NCBI GenBank assembly: GCA_051294375.1
Contig: CM119264.1
Coordinates: 13,164,813 to 13,228,681, forward strand
DNA length: 63,869 nucleotides
From: Paraspadella gotoi
Lineage: Eukaryota; Animalia; Chaetognatha
Direction: 5' to 3'
In this document: positions 44,601-63,869 of the stretch, piece by piece
How the letters are laid out: every line of letters begins with the position of its first letter
How positions within the stretch are numbered: the first letter of the stretch is position 1
Notes under the pieces: model-generated
The model's input: only the letters and a program-made list of their open reading frames with translations
What the model was told of the DNA's origin: nothing
Database searches by the model: none
Made by a program: the position numbers and the translations under genes

Positions 44601-46130
44601 GAGATGCAGGGGCGGCCTTCTGTTGGAATTGCATGGTGACGCCATGTTTTGGATTTTTAACTCAAAATTGGCGTGATAACGAGGGGAAGAATTCTAAAGC
44701 TGTAGAATTTTCGCCTTTACGATCGACGAAATTGACGTGGCTGAGCTTCTTTTGATGTTGAGCTGCGATCGCGAGTAGTCTCTGAGATCGAAAAGGAGAC
44801 CGCACTCGATGTTGGGGCTAGATAATTCTCAGCCAAGAAGTCGGCGCCGAGAATGTTTTGCTTAACGTTCGCGACGACGAACGATATTTGAATTTTCTGT
44901 TGCCCAATTGCACTGTTTTTTCTGTCTTCCATAACATTCGATGCGATCCATTGCCGCGAACTTCATCTGTGGATCTGGTCCACGGCTTCGTTGTTCGGCG
45001 TTGGAGGAACGATTGAGAGAAGTGCCCCGCCATCTACCAGCCACCTCGGTCCTGTCCCGGCGTCCAAATGAATAGAAGGTCATTGGAAACCGGTAACGGG
45101 TTGCTCCTGGGGGACGGCTTTCACCTGCGCTCCCCCTTTGAATTCCCTCTTCTTTTTCGTCTCCTCGTATCTCGAGCAGCCAGGGGTCACAGACCACGCC
45201 TCGTCGCCGAATTTGATATGTTTGGCGAAAGTGTTTCAGCTGGGTTTACTTTTTTCCCTTCTGAGCTTTTTGTTGGCGTCGCTTGTTATTGGTTGTCTAC
45301 GCGAGTTTTGTCGACGGCATTGACGACTCTTCCAATTCTGATCAGAGTCGTCTTGATTCGTGGGTCCGCACGTTGCTAACAAGGGAGATGATTGGCGCAG
45401 CTTAAGATTACCGTCGATATCATAATGATGGTCGCAAGCTGGCAGAGTTCACTGGCCGTCAACTCGTCTGCCTGTCTTCCAGCTGGCGGCGTATTCTATG
45501 GGAAGTTCGCGGATGATTTTTTCTTTACGTACATCGTCAATATTGAGCGTCTTAGTCTTTTCCTCTAACTGGGCAAGAATCTTTGACGGGCTTCATGCGT
45601 CGACGTCGAGGGTGTCGAGAAGGTTGCGGCCTGTTGGCGCCGGGTGAGGCCCATATTCTCGGCGCAGATAGGCGAGGATTGGGCCAGGTTCTTCCGTCGT
45701 CTCGCCGAAAAGAATTGATTAATTTGGGATCGACGTTGATCCGATCTTTGATTCGAGATGTGCAACTTATTCTTTGATTGGTGACGCCGGCGCGCGTATA
45801 AGCGGCCTCGACTCTCTTAATCCATCTCGATGTTGCTGGAGTCAAATCCGGCAGGTCGGGTTTGCGATTAGAGGCTCGCTCTAGTGCGCGGGGGCGGCCG
45901 GCGAGGCGGCTCTGAGCTCGTCGTTTTCGCGCGTAGGTCCCTTGTGCGGCGCCAGCGGTCGTCGTCGGTTTCCATGACGGCTCCTCGAAGTTCCGCCTCG
46001 GCTGCTGAAAGTCGAGGAGGGGTGCGTCGGCGAAGATTGGCGATGTTGATCGTGAGCGTCGTCCCCGTCCGAATCCTAAAGGCGGCTGGAGTGTTGCCAG
46101 CCATCGTTGAGGGTTCCACGGCGTCGCGTT
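41630..46130 (-). pseudogene. gag-pol coding region of the gypsy element (heavily frameshifted as assembled)
   Basis: Fragments, some needing indel correction: gag WIKRVEAAYTRAGVT (~45790-45830); protease WLVDGGALLSIVP (~45005-45045) and NILGADFL; RT DLLKGYH (~44325-44345), PFG and FV.LDD.LVAS (~44150-44180); RNase H TTDASDHAV (~43730-43760) and NVVADAL; integrase HG..HPG / WARDCLDCQ (~42840-42960) and GPY/F-type PPYE.P.RVV (~42070-42100). Confidence 0.9.
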
Positions 46131-46320
46131 GAGCAGAGCGGAGGCGAGAACGAGTCGGGCCCCTCATGTCTCGTTGTCTTGGCTCCGTCAGTTGGGTGGA
46201 GAATTGGGGGGAGAGAAAAGGGGTGTGACGGATTGGGTGACTCACTTAATTCGAATTCTTCACCCAATCTTACCTGGGAGGTTTGGTTCGCCAGTTTCTC
46301 CACTCGATAGTTGGTCCTGT

Positions 46321-46336
46321 CGCGCGGGTCTCACCA
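46321..46336 (-). promoter_or_regulatory. Primer-binding site, tRNA-Trp-like
   Basis: Minus strand reads TGGTGAGACCCGCGCG directly after the 5' LTR. It resembles the tRNA-Trp complement TGGTGACCCCGACG imperfectly, in an error-rich region. Confidence 0.55.
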
Positions 46337-46882
46337 TGTGTGGACGGCCCGGAGGTTCGCCACAGCGTGACAGAGGCGTGACAACTGGATGTCACGGTCC
46401 TAAGTAGGAGAAGTAGCAAGGATTAAAGTCTCTGGGTATTGACGGCGCAGGAAGGCGTGACCGGTGAGATTTTTATTGATGTATTTTTGATGAATCATAA
46501 TTGCAGATAAAATCAGTTTCATTCAGATTTGTTTTTTCAAATGAAAATGTACTCAGACATTTGAATTGAGTAAAAACAAGAGATTAAAACATTGGTGAAA
46601 ATCATTATTAAATCAAGATTCAAACAGGAATGAATCTTATTTTAATCAAAAGTAAACATTCAGTGAACAAAAGGAATACTGGGGACATCTTCTGTTAATC
46701 AAGTTATCTTTGAAACAAAAGTCTTATTATTGATTAAATCTTAAGAAGAGGATTTTGTCCTTGACATTTTGTGGCCATCTGTTGGCAGAGACAGTAGTTC
46801 TTTATTCTTCCAGACCTGAGCCCGGTTTCAATCCCGGAAGGCATGATGTTTTCGATTTGATTTCACTTGCTCAAGTGCCGCA
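46337..46882 (-). repeat. 5' LTR of the gypsy element
   Basis: TGTGTGGACGGCC...AAGTGCCGCA; aligns end to end with 40684-41263 apart from many small indels. Confidence 0.92.
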
Positions 46883-48608
46883 ATGTATAAATTCACCACA
46901 TGAATTTACCCAGAAATGAAATTAAAAGTTTTATCCCCATGAACCATAAAGAGAAGGAGTAAGAAAGGAGTAGCAGGAGAAGGAAATATGTCTCTGAAAA
47001 AGGAGTATAATTTACAAGTAATGAGAGATGAATATAAAATCATGATAAATCAATGATTTATTGGTAGTTCGTGGTAGTCGAATATAGTCGAAAATAAGCT
47101 TCACTATAAGTGCCTCACTCCCCCTCACTCTCCCTCATCCTCCTCACTTCCCCTCACTCCTTCCCACACATTCACCCCTCACCCCCCCACCCCCCTAACC
47201 CCTCTCACGCCCATAACCTCCCCTCACTCCCCCCTCTTGCCGCTTTAGTCTCGCTTCTTCCCTTCATCTCTCCACAATTCACCGCGGTGGCGTTTCCCTT
47301 CAATTTCACTTTCTTTTTTTTTTTTCACGAATTTCGACTCACTTTTCGACGTCTCATCAATGCAACTCTATGATTCTTTCAGAGACAAGGTGTGCAAAAT
47401 AATTTGAAACTTTGCTCGAGCCGCCATTTCCACACCAACGCCGAAAATATTCGTGTCTATTCGTCAAGGCCTCTCTATTACAATGATCACGTCTATCTAT
47501 AACCGCGTCGAGAAAAAGAAGTATAACGAAGACAAAGTTGAACAAAAGAATAAAAAAAAAAAACCCGACATCATCAAACGAACAACCCTCGTGCCATCTC
47601 TCGGGCAGACGCTGAAACGACGAGACAAAGGAACAATGGGACTGCAGAACGTCTCCCTCCGCTCGTCCTCCTTCCACACGAGGTCATTCCCGGGTCGCGA
47701 TTCTCTCGTAACTCGCGCGCTCCTCGCCGTTTCCGCTCGGACGACGCCGATTATTGCGTTTCGCGCCTCTTTTGTCGCCGCGACTTTCGGTCATCGTTTA
47801 GGGGGGGGAGTGGCCGGGTGCAGTGGGGCAGAGTCAGCGAGGGAAATTCTTAATATTTAAGCGTGTTAAAATTTGTGGTAAAATATATATTGCTTTTGAC
47901 ATTAGAAAAATAGTAACTCATTTGGGTCGTTGTAGTCAGTAGATTTTATTTTAGATGGCGTAATCGAATATTTTCAATTGCGAAAAATTCTGACTGAGCG
48001 TTAAAAGAATACGACGTGAATATAAAATTCATGTAAAAAAATCAGATCGTATCTGCAGCCTTCATTAGAACGAAATATCCTTATTAGTTTTCGAATATTC
48101 CCCCAAAATTAATTCTACGAGCAATCAATAAGAAAGCAATCAATAAGGAACCAATCAAATCAAGCGCTCTGAATGGATGAGGCTTCGTCGTAATTTGATT
48201 GGAAATCGGATTTGACCGCAACGATGGTCATTACGGATTAGCCAGTGAAAGAAGCTTTTCGTTCCACTCGCTTTCTTTCTTCCTTCCCCTCTTCTCTCTC
48301 CTTCTTTCTCTCTATACGTACATCTAAATATACGTATATCTTTACAAGATCATCACGACATCATGACATCCCGTAAAGACATTTGTCGTCTGGGGACGCC
48401 TCAGTAATGTGCCACGACATCAATATCCAATAATGTCAAGTTACATCCTCCCAGTAAAGTGACTTGACATCACGTGGCTACTTTTCCCTCACTTGACAAC
48501 CGATGCTTGATTAGTGATTACGGATCAGGAAATTCGATTAAAGAGGAAACTGTGTCACCGCTAAATTCTCATGGCGCGTTGAGGGCAGAGAGAGAGAGAT
48601 AAGAGAAA

Positions 48609-59273
<10,665 letters not shown>

Positions 59274-59950
59274 GTCGTCTGTCATCGTTGTCATCGTCGT
59301 CGTCGTCATCGTTGTCATCGTCGTCGTCATCGTCGTCGTCACCGTTGTCGTCGTCGTCATGGTTGTAATCGTCGTCGACACCCGTCGTCGTTGTCATCGT
59401 CGTCGTCACCGTCGTCGTCCTATTCGCACGTTCATAGTAGACGTCGCTCTTGTATCATGGATTACATCTGGTCATCAAGGTGTCTTTTTTTTCCTCGTTA
59501 TAAGTTTTTATTGGTTACCGAGCTATTTAAAATTAAATATATAATATATATTTATATACTAGGAGAAAGAAGAGACGACTCTTGAAGTCGATGCCGGGAG
59601 CACAAATTTGATCTCAGCCTCACATCTATCTCTCATTTAGTAAGACTCAACAGGGTGAAATACTGCTGTCATCCGACCCGCCTGATCAAGATGGCTTCTT
59701 CTCATTCCTCAATATCCAAACATATGTAGAGATGTAAAAAAAGTCAACCAATTGATGCCTCGTCAGCAAGAATGGATGAGCTGGCCAGCTTGCTGTTTCA
59801 CAAAGCTTCGTCGTCGTCGTCATTCTAAAAAATACGTCGTCGTTGTCATTGTCGTCGTAGACTTCGTCGTCGTCTTTCTCGCTCATCGTTAAACTTTCGA
59901 GAAAAAAAAAAACGATGAATGAAGAAGTAAACTTCTTTTTCCTAAATTAC

Positions 59951-60250
59951 TCTCCGACAAAGAAAGGGCGTAGGCGGCGGAGGCTGCGGAGGCTGCGGAG
60001 GCTGCGGAGGCGGCGGAGGCTGCGGAGGCTGCGGAAGATGCGGTGGGGGCGAAGGTTAGGCAGCGTTGGGGAAGGTGTCGAGGTGGCGGCGAGACGGCGG
60101 TGCAGAGGGTCGAACAAGTAGTTTTTGTTGAAAGCGGACGATGAGTTTGCGGAGTTGACGATGAAGGTTGTGGCTGACTCGGCGGAGGAGTCGGGGCAGC
60201 AGTGAATGCAGTTGTCGGCGGTTGTGGCTGCTGCGGCGGCGGAAAAATCC
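59951..60250 (-). other. Candidate 300-nt symmetric exon encoding Pro/Ser/Ala-rich sequence with an (SAA)n repeat
   Basis: gtcgag| acceptor and |gtaatt donor; length divisible by 3; two frames open; GC-rich relative to its flanks. Confidence 0.28.
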
Positions 60251-61950
60251 CTCGACGAACAAAAACAACGTTTTTTATGAAGAGAAAACATTAACGGGGG
60301 ACAAAGGTGGAAAGGGCGAGGAGGAGGGGGAAAGGGGAGAGATGAGGGGGTCTCGGAGGGAAGAGGAAGACCCAGTGGACGAATTACGTCGAAGTAACAA
60401 TTAATAATTATATTNNNNNNNNNNNNNNNNNNNNNNNNNGGGGTCTCGGAGGGAAGAGGAAGACCCAGTGGACGAATTACGTCGAGTAACAATTAATTAT
60501 CTAAATCCCAGCCGTATTTACTTCTTTCATTTAATGATATCGTCCTCAATGAATAATTGACTGATGACGATACAAGAATAGATTTATCTGTTCTTTTTTT
60601 GTCCTCTCCTTTTTTCCTTTCCTTTCTCTTTCCTTTCGTCATTTTCTACTTGTGTTTTTCTTTTCTTCCCTTTCTATATCAGTAGTTTCTTTCATTCTCA
60701 AAATTTTTAATTCTTTTTTCTTATATATATATATAAATATATNNNNNNNNNNTTTGCATTGAATCCGCTTTCGTTAGGCTTAATTCTTTCCGGTCCGAAA
60801 TTCCCGACCAACTAAAGCAAAACCAATAACGACTCCAAACGACGAAAAGAGACTGAGATGAGGGCGGACATTTCCAAGTCAGTAAAGAGGAGTGAAGCCG
60901 CATAATCCATAAACGCGCATTTGGAAAGAAAACAGCGGAATCTCTCGCTCTCTCCTTCTCTCTCTTTCTCGCTCTCGCTCTCGCCATGACCAACCGGAGG
61001 AGGGGAAAAGTTAAGTCAGTAAAGAATGGGTCCCCGTTAACCATAACCGAGCATGGGCGGAACGGGCGGAACGGGCAGAGCTCGTTACCCTCGATGGGAG
61101 TTGATGCCATCCTCCCCCTCGATTCCTTCCTTTCTTCGTCGTCGTCTTCCCTCCTCGTCCTCTTCTTCTTCCTCCTCTCGTCTTATCTTCCATTCCATTT
61201 TTTTTTTTATCAACTCCTCACTTTTCTCCTTATTCCTCAACATCCCTTAACCTCGACTCGTTTCGCCTCCTCGGGATTTCCAAGTTTTTTTTTCCATCTA
61301 GAAAGTCGCCGATTTGGTTCTGCGTAAGAGTCAACATTCCAGGGGCCTTTTCATCCTCAAAAAAGGTGTTAGTTAAAAATTGTATGTGATAAGGCACCTC
61401 GTAAGTTCTTATGTCGGTTGATTCCCTCGGCCTCTGCTCTCTCATAATCATTGCTTATAAAAATTCCAAGGTTCTTAGCTTATAATAAGTGGGGACTCTC
61501 AATTGACATTTTCGTGGATTTCTATCTGGAACTGAGATTATTACTTTGAACACTTCTGTAATATGCATTTCTGCCCCTTTTATACCAAGAATTTTACTTT
61601 GTATTTACAATAGTAAATGATAAGTTTGGTATAAATACTTAACAGTCTCAACCCGGCCTCCCCTTTCTCCCGCCTATACTTTTACCCACGCCCCTTAAAA
61701 AGAATAAAACTCCCCCTCATCTCGCTCTCACACTGACTTTTGCCGGAAAAAATCACCGACGCCCTCACAAATGTCACAAAGACTGGAAACGACTTCACAT
61801 ACCACATCTTAATAAGATTCTTATGAAGCCGACATCTCTTCGACTTCAACAGACGTGATGATTATTTTTATCTTTAAAAAAATAAATACAATTAACACGG
61901 TGAAAATATATATATGTATAATATATATTCTCTCTCTCTCTCTCTCTCTC

Positions 61951-63109
61951 NNNNNNNNNNNNNNNNNNNNNNNNNNNNNNNNNNNNNNNNNNNNNNNNNN
62001 NNNNNNNNNNNNNNNNNNNNNNNNNNNNNNNNNNNNNNNNNNNNNNNNNNNNNNNNNNNNNNNNNNNNNNNNNNNNNNNNNNNNNNNNNNNNNNNNNNNN
62101 NNNNNNNNNNNNNNNNNNNNNNNNNNNNNNNNNNNNNNNNNNNNNNNNNNNNNNNNNNNNNNNNNNNNNNNNNNNNNNNNNNNTTTTTTCTCCGCTCTAT
62201 TGTCACATGCAATTTTTTTTTCATTCCAATAACCACGATGAAAAACACTTTTTTATAAAGTTATAAATATTTGAGCAGTAGAGAATATGGAAAATATTTA
62301 TAAAGAGAAACGATATTTAGACGAGATGACATTTTCTTATTTTTAACGATTTATAAAAATTTTTTACAGAGTGATTGTTTTTGAATTATATACTTTTTAN
62401 NNNNNNNNNNNNNNNNNNNNNNNNNNNNNNNNNNNNNNNNNNNNNNNNNNNNNNNNNNNNNNNNNNNNNNNNNNNNNNNNNNNNNNNNNNNNNNNNNNNN
62501 NNNNNNNNNNNNNNNNNNNNNNNNNNNNNNNNNNNNNNNNNNNNNNNNNNNNNNNNNNNNNNNNNNNNNNNNNNNNNNNNNNNNNNNNNNNNNNNNNNNN
62601 NNNNNNNNNNNNNNNNNNNNNNNNNNNNNNNNNNNNNNNNNNNNNNNNNNNNNNNNNNNNNNNNNNNNNNNNNNNNNNNNNNNNNNNNNNNNNNNNNNNN
62701 NNNNNNNNNNNNNNNNNNNNNNNNNNNNNNNNNNNNNNNNNNNNNNNNNNNNNNNNNNNNNNNNNNNNNNNNNNNNNNNNNNNNNNNNNNNNNNNNNNNN
62801 NNNNNNNNNNNNNNNNNNNNNNNNNNNNNNNNNNNNNNNNNNNNNNNNNNNNNNNNNNNNNNNNNNNNNNNNNNNNNNNNNNNNNNNNNNNNNNNNNNNN
62901 NNNNNNNNNNNNNNNNNNNNNNNNNNNNNNNNNNNNNNNNNNNNNNNNNNNNNNNNNNNNNNNNNNNNNNNNNNNNNNNNNNNNNNNNNNNNNNNNNNNN
63001 NNNNNNNNNNNNNNNNNNNNNNNNNNNNNNNNNNNNNNNNNNNNNNNNNNNNNNNNNNNNNNNNNNNNNNNNNNNNNNNNNNNNNNNNNNNNNNNNNNNN
63101 NNNNNNNNN

Positions 63110-63146
<37 letters not shown>

Positions 63147-63378
63147 CTCAGAGATTCCAATCACATATTCCAGTCACACTCGGTCGTGATTTTCGCCGAA
63201 TTTTCTCGTGATTACGATCACGAGATAGAAACCCATAAATTCACATACATTCCGTCCGAGGAGAAAATTGGAGGAGTTCTTTCGAATAAATATGCTTATA
63301 TAAGTATGTTTTTATCATATATAAGTANNNNNNNNNNNNNNNNNNNNNNNNNNNNNNNNNNNNNNNNNNNNNNNNNNN
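61951..63378. other. Scaffold gaps (N runs 61951-62183, 62400-63110, 63328-63378; smaller gaps elsewhere)
   Basis: N runs, several abutting (CT)n tracts. Confidence 0.99.
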
Positions 63379-63869
63379 AATTTAAAAACACCGAAGCCGC
63401 GATTCCAGATATCACGTGACCGAGGAAGAGAACGAGAAGCGTTTCCATGACAACATCGCGAACGGAGACAAACAGGCGGAGGAGAACCAGCTGAGTTTTT
63501 AATCGCTTTCGTTGTCGTTGTTATCGACAGTTTTCGTCCCCGCTGTAAAAGTTGTCGTCGTTGTGTTTATATCCTTTCTTCACAGTTCGCACGGAGGAAA
63601 GGGGGGAAAAAAAAAAGTCCGCCGCCATAAAATTCCCTTTCAACAAAATAAAATCAAGGGCGAAAGGAAGAAAAGAGAACAAAAGGAAAACAACGGAACT
63701 GGCGGGAAAAAAAAACGATGAAGGAATAAGGGAGAAAAAAAGGAAAAGGAAAAGGAGAGGGGGGGGAGAACAAAACGAGAAAATAAGGGAAGAAATGGGT
63801 TTCGACGGTTTTGTCCTCGTTAAGAATGTAAATGGACGACGGTAAAGACAACGACGACGACGACGACGA

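Larger units (their letters stand above)
40684..46882 (-). mobile_element. Full-length Ty3/gypsy LTR retrotransposon (~6.2 kb)
   Basis: Direct LTRs 40684-41263 and 46337-46882, both TG...CA. Target-site duplication ATGTA (46883-46887; left copy reads (c)TGTA at ~40679-40683). PBS starting TGGTGA next to the 5' LTR and purine tract AGGGGGCA next to the 3' LTR. Domain order on minus is gag-PR-RT-RH-IN. Confidence 0.95.

Noticed and set aside
41630-46130. Programmed frameshifting or RNA editing as the cause of broken gag-pol frames
   Set aside because: Frameshifts are dense and random, and the two LTRs show the same indel noise, so low-coverage read error is simpler.
61855-63419. Long ORFs up to 278 aa
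   Set aside because: They run through N gaps.

Overview
AT-rich animal (invertebrate-like) nuclear DNA from an error-prone long-read scaffold, dense in (AG)n, (AAAG)n and (GTC)n microsatellites; most six-frame ORFs are repeat artefacts. Reconstructed by hand: (1) a complete 10-exon SLC22/organic-cation-transporter-like gene on + (14533-18999, 528 aa); (2) a multi-exon ODF3/CIMAP1 (SHIPPO, PGP-repeat) axonemal gene on - with a long low-complexity N-terminal extension, present twice; (3) the 3' exons of an unidentified + strand gene with a weak Golgi sulfotransferase-like signature, present twice; (4) a full-length ~6.2 kb Ty3/gypsy LTR retrotransposon on - (40684-46882) whose empty pre-insertion site is also in the window. 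Three head-to-tail duplications of about 4.6, 7 and 5.3 kb, each joined across an N gap, look like two uncollapsed haplotypes plus read errors. I found no convincing wholly new biological system; the best leads are the polymorphic gypsy insertion, the extended ODF3-like protein, relaxed splice signals, and several motif or palindrome clusters.
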